This document shows, piece after piece, positions 10,330 to 21,756 of a stretch of DNA of 64,000 nucleotides. This DNA is from Hyaloraphidium curvatum SAG 235-1 (Eukaryota; Fungi; Monoblepharomycota). Position 1 is the stretch's first letter; the number at the start of each line of letters is the position of its first letter. The notes beneath the pieces are model-generated. The model did not search any database, was not told the origin of the DNA, and saw only the letters and a program-made list of their open reading frames with translations. The stretch spans positions 1 through 64,000 of the forward strand of contig JAIVFI010000014.1 of the NCBI GenBank assembly GCA_025558095.1, in the 5' to 3' direction. Made by a program: the position numbers and the translations under genes.

Positions 10330-11043
10330 CTACTGGAACCGTACGTCCGCCTCCACGTCGCATCCGCGCCCCACCAGGGTCGACTCGAGCCCCTCCACCG
10401 AGACGCGCAGCACCTTGCCGCCATCGTCCCGGTCCGGCAGCCTCACCACTTCCACGTCAATCCCCCCATTCTCCCCAGCAAAGCGCTCGGTCATCCACCG
10501 GGAGCGGAAAGCCCGCTTACCCGGCGACGCGGCGCACGCCGGGGCGGCGAGGAGATCGGACGCCGAGGCCTCGGGGTGCGCGCCCGGGCGATCGACGGCA
10601 CCTGCGACCGCAGCTGCGGCCCACCATCCGGGCCCGCGGTGCGGGTGCTCTCGGTAAAGCGCGATGAGCACGTCGTCCGCGGGGTGTGCGCGGCGGCCGC
10701 GGAGGGATGCGCACGCGCCCGGGGCGAGGATGCGGGCGTCGCGGAGGCGGGAGCCCGGCGGCCAAACGAGGAGGCGCATGCCCGTGCGGACGTTGTTGCA
10801 GATGTCCAACTGCGTAAGGGGGGCCGAAGACCCGACAAGCCCGTCGCCCGCGGCTTCCGCGGGGAGGGTGGCGGGCCCGTCCGCCGCGCCGTCGAAGCCC
10901 TGGCTTTTGTCCGGGTAGTCGGCATCGGTGGTGTTGAAGTTGATCTCGATGAGTGTGGCGTTGATGCGCACGGGGGCCGCCGCGGCCGAGTAAGCGAGGG
11001 CGATCGTGGCGAGGGCCAGAGTGAGCAGTGCGAAGATTCTCAT
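10330..11043 (-). CDS. Secreted hypothetical protein
   Basis: Signal peptide MRIFALLTLALATIALAYSAAAAP, N-glycosylation sequons, host-like GC3 bias. Confidence 0.65.
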   Translation of the reverse strand: MRIFALLTLALATIALAYSAAAAPVRINATLIEINFNTTDADYPDKSQGFDGAADGPATLPAEAAGDGLVGSSAPLTQLDICNNVRTGMRLLVWPPGSRLRDARILAPGACASLRGRRAHPADDVLIALYREHPHRGPGWWAAAAVAGAVDRPGAHPEASASDLLAAPACAASPGKRAFRSRWMTERFAGENGGIDVEVVRLPDRDDGGKVLRVSVEGLESTLVGRGCDVEADVRFQ

Positions 11044-12020
11044 TGCTGTTTGAGTGTGCTTCTGAAGATGTGCTGCTTCCGCCGGGCCTGCGGTATTAGT
11101 AGCCAGGGGCGCGCGGAACGGATGTCGGACCCGGACTTCTCGAACCGTGGCGGTGCGGGGCGCAACTCCGCAACTTCCCGCACTGCACGGCGGAACCCTG
11201 TCTTCGAAGTTTTGAGCGGAACTAAGCGGCAGCTTTACCTTCGACGTCACCCTAGTCCGCTGCGGTATCCTACGAAGCCGCATGCGACGCGTTGCGCGAT
11301 GTGGGCCGGCGCCCTGCTGCGCGGCGCACCGCCACACTTTGGAAGGCCGCGTCCCACATCCGTTCCGGGGCCACCGGGTACACAAGCCCGCCATTTCTGG
11401 CACCGGCGGCTCCAAACCTGAACCAAACCCCACCCGGAAATGAAGACCGGCAGCACTCCTCCTGCTTGCCCTCGCCGTCCGCCTAATTTGCTCAGCCCGG
11501 CGCGGCGGCCCTCAGCATTCGCGATGCGAAACCCCTACCGTTGGTTGCCTTGGCGGACAACGACCCTACCAGTGACGATGTATGCGGACTCTTCCGCAGT
11601 GTCAACGACCGTCGCACCGACGGCGGCAACGCTGTCCCCGATGCCAACGGCACAAGCAACCCCACGGACCCTCCCGGGATTCTCCCGAGACCGTCCTCGA
11701 GATCTGCATTAACCTCGCCGACCGCAAGCGCCCTCTGCTCTGGCCTTCCCTCGTCCCCGGACGCGGGCAGGTTGGAGAATGCGCTGTCGGCCCGGGTTGC
11801 CGCAGCGGCATGTCCGGCCGCCCTGCGTCGCTCGAGAATCCCGCTCGCAGCCACCTCATTCGGGCACGCCTCTTGCGTATCTACCATTCTCCGCTCTTCC
11901 ACCACCTTCCCGAGCCTTCCGGGACGCTGCGTAAGCTCCCGTTTGCGATGTTTTGTCATCCGACGCCCCAGCCACCCGCGAAATCCTTTTGCCACACCGA
12001 TTTTCCCCCCACAGCTTGGA

Positions 12021-12028
12021 CTTATAAA
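12021..12028 (+). promoter_or_regulatory. Candidate TATA box
   Basis: CTTATAAA in very GC-rich context ~40 nt upstream of ATG 12069. Confidence 0.35.
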
Positions 12029-12068
12029 CCGCCTGCCCCGCGGCCCCCGGGGCCACCGACCCCGCAAA

Positions 12069-12302
12069 ATGACCTTCGCCAACACCGTCTCGGACCACCC
12101 CGCCTCCTCGGCCCCCGCCGCCGCCGCCGCCCCGCCGTGCGGCGGCCGGCTCCGCATCTCGCGGTGCCCGGCAACTCTGGACCTCTGCGCCTCCCGCTCC
12201 GCCCCCGCTGCGAAGGACTGCGACGGGCAGGGAAAGACCGTCTGGGGCCACCTCAAGGCCGCGTGCTCGGGGCAGGGCAATGCCAAGGGGGAGAAGCGCT
12301 GA
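12069..12302 (+). CDS. Small hypothetical protein (77 aa)
   Basis: AAAATG start context, TATA-like element upstream, GC3-biased codons. Confidence 0.4.
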   Translation: MTFANTVSDHPASSAPAAAAAPPCGGRLRISRCPATLDLCASRSAPAAKDCDGQGKTVWGHLKAACSGQGNAKGEKR

Positions 12303-12485
12303 GCCGGCCCGCATGCGGAGAATCCCGGAGCCATGCCGCACGACGCCCCCGCGGACGGACTCGATACCACCCCCGCACCGAGACTATACCACGGACATTC
12401 CGACGATCTCTGTTGATCTCTTTTGATAGCTGCCCGATGTAGCCCCGATGGGGCCCGCAATGCCATCCCTCTGTGTCTTGCAACA

Positions 12486-14440
12486 TCAGTGCCCGGCCGA
12501 GTCCAACAGGCCCGCGGCCATCCGCGCCACGCCCTCGGCGATGCCCTGGAACTCGGGGCGGTCGGAGGGGAGGTGGGCCCAGCACCGCGTGATGAGCCGC
12601 CAGAGGGCTTCCGGTGTGTCGGGGGGCCGGGGCGGGCGGTACCCAAGGGGCACGTTCTGCACGAGCTGCGTCAAAAGGGTCAGCATGTGGCCAATGCGGT
12701 GCCGCCGCGCCGTCCACCCACAGCCTGGGTATCCTCCCCCGCAAACGGCTCCGCCCCCCGCGCCGCCACCTCCCATGCGATCATCCCGTACGCGTACACG
12801 TCCGCAGGCTTCCGCTTGCGCGGCGGGCTCGGCGCCAGGCACTCGGGCGCCATGAACGGCACCGTGCCCGCCATCCCCGCGTCCCCGCTGGCGGGGGCGG
12901 AAACGTCCATGCGCACCCGGCTCATCCCGAAATCGGCGATCTTGGCACGTCCGCGGTCCAGCAAAACGTTGGCTGGCTTCAAGTCCCCGTGCACGACGTG
13001 CTGCGAGTGCACCCAGGCCATCCCCCCCGCGACGTCGTGTAGCGCGCGCAGGCCGATCTCCGGGTAGCGCGCGTCGGCGCGCCAACGCGCGAGCCAGGCG
13101 TGCAGGTCGCCGCCGTCGGCGAACGGCGAGACCATCATGGGCGGGTCGGGGGCGTAGCACGTGAGCTGCAAGATGTTGGGGTGCGCGGCGAGGTGCGACC
13201 AGATGCCGACCTCGCGTTCCAAAAGGCGACGGGCGTCGGGTGAGTCCCCTTCCGGGCGGCGCAAGAGCTTGACGGCCACGGGGAGCCCGCGGAAGGCGCC
13301 GGGGTACACCTCGCCGTACCCGCCCCGGCCCAGCGGGCCGCGGTCCCGGAGCACGGTGATCTCCGAGGCGCACACCCGCAGGCGGCGGTGATTCGCCGCG
13401 TGAAGCAGGACCTCGCGGTCGATCAGCGCGCGGAGCTCCGGCGAACAAACGTCCCGCGGGGCGACACCGGCGCGGTCCGGCCGCGAGACGTCAGCGCGGT
13501 CCTGGTGCGCGAGGAACACGCGCACGATTGCGGGGTCGTTGCGAGCGCACGCGTGCCAGAAGGCCGTCGCGCCGCAGTCGTCCCGCGCGTCGAGCAGCAG
13601 CACGTCGTCGTAGGCCATCAATCTTTCGACGAGGGAGGGGTCGCCGCGGGCGCAGGCGAGGGCAAAACCGGTGGCCCCGGCGAGGTTGCGGTGGTTCGGG
13701 TTGACCTTGGCCGGGTGGGAGAGGAGGAGCTCGGCGACCTCGGCGCGGCCGGCGGCGCACGCGGCGTGGAAGGCGTTGTTGCCCTCGGCGTCGGCCTCGT
13801 CAAACGTTAGATGTTCTCGCGGCACGTTGTCGAGCAGGAACCCGACCGTCCGCGCGGCGCCCTCTCGGCAGGCGAGCAGGAACGCCGTCTCGCCTTTGAG
13901 TGCCCTGGCATTCAAATCGGCACGGGCCCCCTCCCCGACGAGCACTCGCACCGCGTCCACCTGGTCCCTCAGGCACGCCCGCATAAAAGCCGTCCACCCG
14001 TCGGCCCGATCCCGCTTGGCTGCGTCGACACGCGGGTCCCCCGAAAGCAACCGCACCACGTCCGCATGGCCCTCGGCGGCGGCCAGCATCAGCGGCGTCT
14101 CGCCGTCCTCCGTCGCAATATTCGGGTCCCTTGTGTGCTTCAATAGGAGGCGAACCGCCGCGGAGTGGCCCTCCATGGCGGCCAGCGCCAGCGGCGCGAA
14201 CCCGTCCAGCGTCCTTGTATCGACGTCCGCTCCCGCATTCAGCAGCGCGTCCAGACACCCCTCGGCGCCGCACAGCGCGGCAAAGTGCGCCGCCGTCAGC
14301 CCGTCGTCGTCGGCCGCGTCGGGGTGCGCGCCGCGGGAGAGGCACTCGGCGGCGAGGGCGGCGTCGCCGGTGCGGCACGCGTCGAGGAGCGATTCGCCGA
14401 GCCCGGTCAGCGGTGGGCGCGTCGCAGAGGGCGTCGCCAT
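12486..14440 (-). CDS. Ankyrin-repeat tyrosine-kinase-like (TKL) protein kinase; intron 12666-12721
   Basis: About 9 ankyrin repeats (GETPLMLAAAEGH); GRGGYG, VAVK, HGDLKPANVL, DFG, APE; 56-nt phase-0 intron with GCTGAC restores subdomain XI (CWAHLPSDRP). Confidence 0.92.
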
Positions 14441-15140
14441 GTGTCGAGGAGGCGGATCCGGCTGTCGAGATCGACGAACCCAGGCCCGGACCGCGCCGGA
14501 GTCGCGTTGAGAGGGTCCTCCGGTGGACCCGAGGAGCGCACGACCCCCGACACGGCCAAGCCGGCCAAACTCGGCGAAAGCCAAGAAACATAATGGAAGA
14601 GCTAGAAATGCAAGCGACGAGTATGTCGATGGACCGAAGCCGACGCTTTCGGGGCCGCCTCCCGCACCCGACTGTGCCTCCCGAAAAGTGGCGTCCCCTT
14701 CCGATCTCTGCTGGGTTGCCGTCGAAGCACCGGATGGGCAAATGTCTCTGGATTCTCTATTTGGTTCCGTTCTCGGTGCGACCGCTCCCGACTCCTTGTT
14801 CTTGGGGCTGTGCCGACAATCGAGGCGCGGTGTGACTCGATTCAAGTCACCGCAAAACAACCATCAACCGACGCCAGGTCCAAAGACAAGCCCATAATGG
14901 CGACCGTCGCAACGCTCCTGAGGATTTCCGGTACGTCCTGGGCGGTGGCGGCTGCCGTCCGCGGTGCCACGGTATCCCGAACGTGACTCACGTTCGGCAT
15001 GTTTCGCTTCCTCCCACTCTTCCGCCCCGGGCTCGCCTGCTGGATGCCGTTTTGATGCGCATCGCTCGCAAACTGAACTGCCCTTACCGTTCCGCCGCAC
15101 GACCGGCGACCAGGAACCTGTGGGTGCGCGGAACTCCGAG

Positions 15141-15674
15141 ATGCAACTCGCCTCCTCACGCGGCAAGCGCCGACCGCGCCGACCCGTGCCAGACGCCGGC
15201 CTCCTCGCCATCACCACCGGCCTCTTCGGCGACTCGCAAGTGCAGCTCTTCGAAAAGTTCGGCACCGCCGTGGGCCTCGTGGGTCGCCGAATGCCCGCGA
15301 CCTCTCGGTCGGCCGTGACGCGTCCTTGCAGCCCGTGGCCGAGTACCGGATCCCCATGCCGCCGGAAGCCAGGGCGTTTTCGGCGATGCTTGCCGCTGCA
15401 AAGGCCAGTATCGCCTACTACTGTGGGCTTCCCAACCTCGCCGGCCGGGGACACCCGCTGATGCCGCTTCCTGCCAGGCTGGCGCGCCGCAGAGGAAAAC
15501 AACCTCGCCTTCGCCAAAACGACCGTGGTCGGGCACGTAATCAGCGGCACGGTACTGGCCCTGTTCGCAGCCAAGGGCGACATCGCCGTGCACGTCGCGG
15601 TGCCGGTGGTGCCGCTCGAGTTCATGCTGGCGTACGTGACTTACAGGGCGCTCGAGAACGAGGGGGCCTGGTAG
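15141..15674 (+). CDS. Small multi-exon membrane protein (5' end uncertain)
   Basis: Three coding-like segments joined by gt..ag introns near 15280-15331 and 15423-15477; hydrophobic helices (VVGHVISGTVLALFAA, VPLEFMLAYVTY); TAG 15672-15674. Confidence 0.5.
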
Positions 15675-15878
15675 GGCGGCGGGGTATCCTTGCCGTCATC
15701 GTTTCTTGGATCACGATGCATGCCATTGAACCCAGCGAACGGGTTTTCGGACGCCACAGGCAAATCGGAATCTTCATATGTGAGATTGTCCGTGAGACTT
15801 GCCTCGTCCGCGGCCATCTTCCAGCGCCTGCCCTGCAGCTTCGTTCTCCCGTTGATTAATGGACGTAGATGGTGCAGG

Positions 15879-15962
15879 GTGATCAGAGGAGGAGGGTTGT
15901 GTAGCCCCCGGAGAGTAGAAGTGATCAGCGGTGGAGGGATGTGTAGGCCCGGGAGAGTAGAA
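15879..15962. repeat. Imperfect 42-bp tandem repeat, 2 copies
   Basis: gtgatcag.gg.ggaggg.tgtgtag.ccc.ggagagtagaa at 15879-15920 and 15921-15962. Confidence 0.8.
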
Positions 15963-16227
15963 GACGAACATGGGAGGTGCGGCCGCGACGAGGCGTGCAC
16001 ACCGCCAGCGAACTGGACGGCCATTGGCAGAATTTGATGCTGGAAGCCCGAACGTCCTTCCCGCTGGAGGACCTCGATTGCTCAGGATCGCGCGACCAGA
16101 AGCGCGGCCGGACGGGATCCGACTGCTGGGCACCCGGAGCGATCGCAGCCTGCGATGCGATTGACCGGCAACTGGCACGATTCTTGCCGAAGCTGGCACA
16201 GGATCATCCCTGGTTTCCGTCTGAACT

Positions 16228-18570
16228 GTGACCAAGGCGGAGGCAAAGGCGCGCGTGACACGCGTCTCGACATTTGGAGGACACCACTCAGCACCGGCCC
16301 CGCGTGACATCCGGGCAGGACAGGCACCAGCTATCTCCGCCGCCATTGTGCCTGTTACTCCGGCGGCCCCAGCGGGGGAGACGGGCGATGCGGGCCCCGC
16401 CGCGTCCACCGCCCGCGAACGCTCGGCGGAGGAGCGCTTCCGCGCCGCGTGCCGCCGCGGCCACCTCCCCCGCGTCGAGGCGCTGCTCGCCCTGCCGGAC
16501 ATCGACGCCAATGCCGCCGATCCCCGCGGCGGGTTCTCCGGGCTGCTGTACGCGGCGTTCGAGGGGCACTCGAGCGTGGTGGCGAGGCTGCTCGCCGACC
16601 CCCGAGTGGAACCGGACGCGCGCTCACAGGACGGAAAGACGGCGCTGATCTGGGCGGCGTACACGGGGCATGCTGCGGTGGTCCAGGTCCTGCTGGCCGA
16701 CGGGCGGGCGGATCCGAATGCGCGTGCCGCGTCCGAGATGACCGCGCTGGGCTACGCGTGCCAGAAGGGCCATGCCGGGGTTGTCGAGCTGCTGCTCAAA
16801 GATGGCCGGACAGACTGCGAGGCACGTGGAATCGACAGGAGCGGGGACAGGCTCACGCCGTTCCACTTCGCGTGCCTGTCTGGCGGCCCCGAAACATGTA
16901 AGACCATGCTCGAGGCCGGCCGGGGGGTGGACTTCGATGCCCTGTCGACGGTCGAGCGTCGGACCGGGTTCTTCTTCGCGTGCACGGCAGGGCAGGCCGA
17001 GACGGCACGGCTTCTACTCAAGTACCTGGACAGGCTCGATGCCGGGATCCCGGACCGCTCGGGGCGCACGGCATTCGAAGTGGCCACCGAGGCCGTGCAA
17101 CGTGTGATCCGCAGCGAGATGGGCATCGCGGAGGAGGCACCCGATGAGGCACCGCCGGATGCTGTCGGGGAGGCTGTCGGGGAGGGGGAACCTGCATCTG
17201 AGCTCGACGCCACCCCTACCACGCAGGACGCACCCACCCTGCCCGATCGCCCCGCTTTTGCCCCCGACATCCTCTCCCACCGCAGCGCCGTCGATGCCAC
17301 CGAGATCGAGGTCGGTCCGCGCGTGCTGGGCGAGGGCGGCTTCGGCACCGTGCGCGAGGGCACCCTGCGGGGACGTGGCCGCGTGGCCGTCAAGCTCGTC
17401 CGCGGCGATTTCACCTCCCCCCGCGTCGCCCGCGACTTTGAGCGCGAGGTCCGCGCCTGGGACGGCGTCACGCATCCCAACGTCCTCCCCCTCCTGTGCT
17501 TCTGCGCCTCCCCCCCGATGCTCGTCACCGAACTCGCCGACAATGGCCACATGCTCGCCTACCTTTCCGCCCGCGCCTTCCGCCCCTCGGCATGCCTGCG
17601 CCTCCTCGCCGGCGCCGCGGCAGGCATGCGCCACCTGCACTCCCTCGGCATCGTCCACGGCGACCTCAAGCCGCGCAACGTGCTCGTGCTACGGGGGCGC
17701 GCCGCCATCTGCGATTTCGGCCTGTCGAGGGTGCGCACGGCGGCGAGCGGGCCGCTCTCTGCCACGCGCACGGTGAGGGGCACGGAGGGGTACCTCGCGC
17801 CCGAGGTGCTCGCCGGGACGAGGCCCAGGAAGCCCGCGGACGCCTTTGCGTTCGCCATGACCGCGTACGAGGTGCTGTCGCATGGGAGGCGGCCGTTTGC
17901 GGAGGTGGCATACAACAGGTGGATCGCGGTGCCGCGGAAGGTGGCGGCGGGGGAGAGGCCGGGAAGGCCGGCGGGGGTCGCGGATGCGGTGTGGGCGCTG
18001 GTCGAGCGGTGCTGGGCGCAGGAGCCGCGGGACAGGCCGGCGTTCGGGGAGGTGGTGGAGGTGCTCGAGAGGGAGCGTGCGGGAGGGGTGCCGAGGAGGC
18101 AGGCGTCGCTGGCTGCGGGGTCGCTCGGCCGTACGGGCGAGTCTCTCGGAGCCCGGTCGCTGGCCGAGCACCCCCGATCCGGGATCTCCGACTCGGATTT
18201 GGGGCTTTCGGAACTTGCGGATTCCCTTGCGCGGACCGACGTCGGCGATCCCGCCAGCGATCGCTCGGAAGAGCATTCGCGAACCTGGCCGCCGCCCCCT
18301 GTCTCCAAGGACCTTCGCACCCCCTTCTCGCCGCGGACACCCCCCGCCCCCCACAACCCTCCCCCGCCGACCCTCCTCCCCGGCACTGCATGCCGCGTGC
18401 GAGCCCCCTTCTCCGCCGGCCTCGCGGGGCAGGTCAGCATCGTCAACACGGACTCGGTCGTGGTGATCGCCCCGGCCGAGGGCGCGTGGGTGCTGGTGCG
18501 GAGGACGACGAGGACGGGGAAGGTGGAGGAGGGGCTGGTGCCGGCGGGCAGGCTCGTGCCGAGGATGTAG
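16228..18570 (+). CDS. Ankyrin-repeat TKL protein kinase with C-terminal SH3-like domain (start uncertain)
   Basis: Ankyrin repeats; GEGGFG, VAVK, HGDLKPRNVL, DFG, APE; SH3-like tail (CRVRAPF..EGAWVLV..EEGLVPAGRL). Confidence 0.9.
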   Translation: MTKAEAKARVTRVSTFGGHHSAPAPRDIRAGQAPAISAAIVPVTPAAPAGETGDAGPAASTARERSAEERFRAACRRGHLPRVEALLALPDIDANAADPRGGFSGLLYAAFEGHSSVVARLLADPRVEPDARSQDGKTALIWAAYTGHAAVVQVLLADGRADPNARAASEMTALGYACQKGHAGVVELLLKDGRTDCEARGIDRSGDRLTPFHFACLSGGPETCKTMLEAGRGVDFDALSTVERRTGFFFACTAGQAETARLLLKYLDRLDAGIPDRSGRTAFEVATEAVQRVIRSEMGIAEEAPDEAPPDAVGEAVGEGEPASELDATPTTQDAPTLPDRPAFAPDILSHRSAVDATEIEVGPRVLGEGGFGTVREGTLRGRGRVAVKLVRGDFTSPRVARDFEREVRAWDGVTHPNVLPLLCFCASPPMLVTELADNGHMLAYLSARAFRPSACLRLLAGAAAGMRHLHSLGIVHGDLKPRNVLVLRGRAAICDFGLSRVRTAASGPLSATRTVRGTEGYLAPEVLAGTRPRKPADAFAFAMTAYEVLSHGRRPFAEVAYNRWIAVPRKVAAGERPGRPAGVADAVWALVERCWAQEPRDRPAFGEVVEVLERERAGGVPRRQASLAAGSLGRTGESLGARSLAEHPRSGISDSDLGLSELADSLARTDVGDPASDRSEEHSRTWPPPPVSKDLRTPFSPRTPPAPHNPPPPTLLPGTACRVRAPFSAGLAGQVSIVNTDSVVVIAPAEGAWVLVRRTTRTGKVEEGLVPAGRLVPRM

Positions 18571-18718
18571 CGAGTGTGCGCCTGTCTTGGCTCTCGATGA
18601 ATTGCACAATCCCTTGCGCACTCCGAGTTGCCTCCGAGGATTCCCGCCAACGCCCGAATGCCGCCCCTCTAGCCCCTTTCTCCCCCTCCGTTCCCTCTCT
18701 TTCCCCTCCCTCCTCGCC

Positions 18719-20277
18719 ATGACGTTCGACGTGGACGCGCTCATCGCGCGGTGCTACCGGCGGGAGCTCCCGTCCGAGCGCGAGGTCCGCCTCGCGTGCG
18801 AGCGCTGCAAGGACATCCTGGCGTCCGAGGGCAACGCGCGCGAGATGCGGGCGCCGGTCACGGTGGTCGGCGACGTGCACGGGTGGGCGCGGGCGCCGGG
18901 AGGGCGCGGGACCGGGTCTCAACTGCGCGCCGCCTTCCGCCCGCCGGGGTCTCTCGGCCGCGGGGTCGGGAAAACAGGCAGTTCTACGACGTGCTGGAGA
19001 TTTTCAAGATAGGAGGGTTTTGCCCGGATACCAACTACGTCTTCCTCGGTGGGCGGGCGGCGGACCCGGGCGGTGGCGCGATCCGGGCTGACGCCGTGTT
19101 TGCCGGCCGGCCAGGGGACTACGTCGACCGGGGCTACTACTCGGTGGAGACCATCTCGCTCCTGACGTGCCTGAAAGTGCGATACCCGGAGAGGATATGC
19201 CTGGTGAGGGGGAACCACGAGAGCCGGGCCGTCACGCAGGTTGGTCCGTTGCTGGCCCCTCGACGAGTACAGACTGACCGCGGTGGCCCGAATTTCCCTC
19301 GCCCACTGCATGCGACCCACCTGCTCCCGCCTCCGGCAGACCTACGGTTTCTACGCCGAGGTGATCCGCAAGTACGGCAACGCGAACGTGTGGCATTACT
19401 TTACCAACCTCTTTGACTACCTGAACCTCGCCTGCATCGTCGAGGGTTCCGTCTTGGGCGTCCACGGCGGGCTCAGTCCCAGCATTCAGTACCTGGACCA
19501 GATCAAAGTGCTGGACCGGTTCAGGGGTGGGGCTGCGCCGCCCAGACCCGCCCGCGCGCTCACTCCCTACCGTCTCGCGCCCCAGAGATTCCGCACGAGG
19601 GCCCGATCGCCGACCTCGTGTGGTCCGACCCGCAGCAGGCCGCCGAGGTCGGCAAGCAGGAGTTTGCCCTCTCCCCCCGCGGCGCGGGCTACATCTTCGG
19701 CTCGGCGGTGACGGCGCGCTTCCTGCACGTCAACGGGCTGGACTCGATCGTCCGCGCCCACCAGCTGTGCCAGGAAGGCTACCAGATCCTCCACGACGAC
19801 CGGCTGGTCACAGTGTGGTCGGCGCCGAACTACTGCTACCGCTGCGGCAACGACGCCGCGGTGCTTGAGCTTTCGGCCTCGCTGGAGCGGCACTTCAACG
19901 TGTTCGGGCCGTGCCCCGAGGACGAGCGCGAGACGCCGATGGCGGAGAACTCGCGCGCGCTGAGGGAGGCGCGGGCGCGGAGCGGCGGGGCGAGGGTGCG
20001 GTACCTGCCCTCCAACGCGCAGGTGGCGGCGCTGTGGTCTGCCGCCGACGACGAGGAGGAGTTCGGCACGGGGCCGGGGGCAAAGTACCCGCTCACGCAG
20101 CCCGGGTTCCGCCGGACGCAGTTCGGGGAAGGGGGATCGGACGTGGATTCGGGGTGGTCCGAGGGATCGCCGCTCGAGGACGTGGAGGACGTAGGGCCGG
20201 CGAGCGGGGAGCGGTTCGATCACTATGCGGCCCAGGCACCGCCAGGCAGCAACGCCATGGAAGAGTACTTTTTGTAG
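18719..20277 (+). CDS. PPG1: PP2A-like Ser/Thr phosphatase catalytic subunit, Ppg1 type; 4 introns
   Basis: [55 protein letters not shown]-terminal YFL; GGFCPDTNY and the long tail fit Ppg1; introns ~18883-18977, 19048-19113, 19240-19339, 19527-19585. Confidence 0.88.
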
Positions 20278-20520
20278 CTCGGGTGTCGGCAGAGACAATC
20301 AGAGGGCGTTGCTGGGCCAGCGACTGACCTCGATCCGTGTTTCTGATGCTCTTTTCCAGGTCGAACGGGACGAGCTAGATCGGCCCCATTACCCCATTAC
20401 GCTCTTGCGCGGGGGTTGTGCCACGGCCGTTCCGCGGAGCAGGTGGCTGACAATCGACCGCCGAACCTTCTGCGCAGAAGGAGACAGGCTCGCAACTCCA
20501 TCGTCTCGGTAATCGCCGCG

Positions 20521-21510
20521 ATGGACGGAGCGAGAGCAGAGTTCGACCGCTTCCTGAACGCGAAGTACCTCCCCGCCGGCGAGGCCTTCTTCCGGACGCG
20601 CTCCTCCGACCCCGCGCTCTTCGGCGCGTCGGTGCACCGCTTCCCGCTGTACCACTCCAACCCAGAGGGCGTCGTCTTGCGCACGGCGAAGAGCTGGAAC
20701 TCTTACTCGAAAGCTGTGCGGCACTTCACCGTCGAGCGCGGTTTCGACCGGTACAAGGTCCTCTCCAACCGCCTCGACCTGTACAACCGCAACTTTGGCA
20801 TCTTCCACCTCCACTGTGCCTCGCTCGACGGGCTGGGTAAGGAGCTTTTCAGAGAGCACGTGGCATATGTCGTGCAGAGGTTTCCCGAGGGGCTGAGGGT
20901 CAGCGTCATTGCGCGATCCTTCCGGGATGTCGCAGGTGAGATGGACGAGGGCAAGCGCAGGTTCGAGGGTTTCTACGGGGGGTCGACCGGGCGAGCACCC
21001 GGTGCCACGGATCCGGACAACCCGCCGAACGCGAATACGGTCGAGGCGTACGCCGAATACGAGAAGTTCATGGCCGGATCGTACGTCGAGGGCATGGCGC
21101 TCTATTTCCGCGACCCGAGCCAGCCTTCTTCCCTCATCGCCGCCTGCCACGCATTTCCCACGGCGCTGTCGGCTCCGGATGGGACCCAGACCTACGCCTT
21201 GGTCGAGGACTGGGCACAGACCTTGGCTGCACCGCGCCGTTGGCTCCAGCGGAAGGGTTTCGTCGGTTACCGGCGGCACGACTGGCGGCTGGACATCTAC
21301 AACCGCAATTTCGCCGTCTACAGCACTGCGGCGGACGCTGTCGACGGTGCGGGCGCCACGATCATGAGGGAGGCAGCCACATACACCCTGCAGAGGCTGC
21401 CGCAGGGGATACGGGTTACCGCTGTTGGGAGGGTGTACCCCAAGGAGGGCGTGGTCACGTTGGAGGACGCTTGGGCGGGACAGGACCCGTTCATGCGGCC
21501 CGCACTCTGA
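20521..21510 (+). CDS. Hypothetical protein made of two tandem homologous ~130-aa domains
   Basis: RLDLYNRNFGIF / RLDIYNRNFAVY and YVVQRFPEGLRV / YTLQRLPQGIRV; intronless ORF. Confidence 0.75.
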   Translation: MDGARAEFDRFLNAKYLPAGEAFFRTRSSDPALFGASVHRFPLYHSNPEGVVLRTAKSWNSYSKAVRHFTVERGFDRYKVLSNRLDLYNRNFGIFHLHCASLDGLGKELFREHVAYVVQRFPEGLRVSVIARSFRDVAGEMDEGKRRFEGFYGGSTGRAPGATDPDNPPNANTVEAYAEYEKFMAGSYVEGMALYFRDPSQPSSLIAACHAFPTALSAPDGTQTYALVEDWAQTLAAPRRWLQRKGFVGYRRHDWRLDIYNRNFAVYSTAADAVDGAGATIMREAATYTLQRLPQGIRVTAVGRVYPKEGVVTLEDAWAGQDPFMRPAL

Positions 21511-21756
21511 TCCGAGGCTAGCTCTTTGGAGACCGTGGCGGGGCGTTACGGTTGCGGCGGTTCTTTCTTCATGTAACCTAGGATGTCGGGTGCGGAGCCG
21601 ACAATCAGATGGCGTTGCTGCGACCGGTGTTTTCATGAATCGCCCGGGCGGGATCAAAAGCCGCGCGCGGGGGCAAGTTGGCCCGACCCGACGCGCTCCG
21701 CTCGACCGCGCATCGCCGCCCTCCTCGACGTCCCTCGGCCTTCGAGCACGCGCAGC

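Noticed and set aside
11440-12000. Short ORFs upstream of the TATA-associated ORF
   Set aside because: No motifs or convincing codon bias
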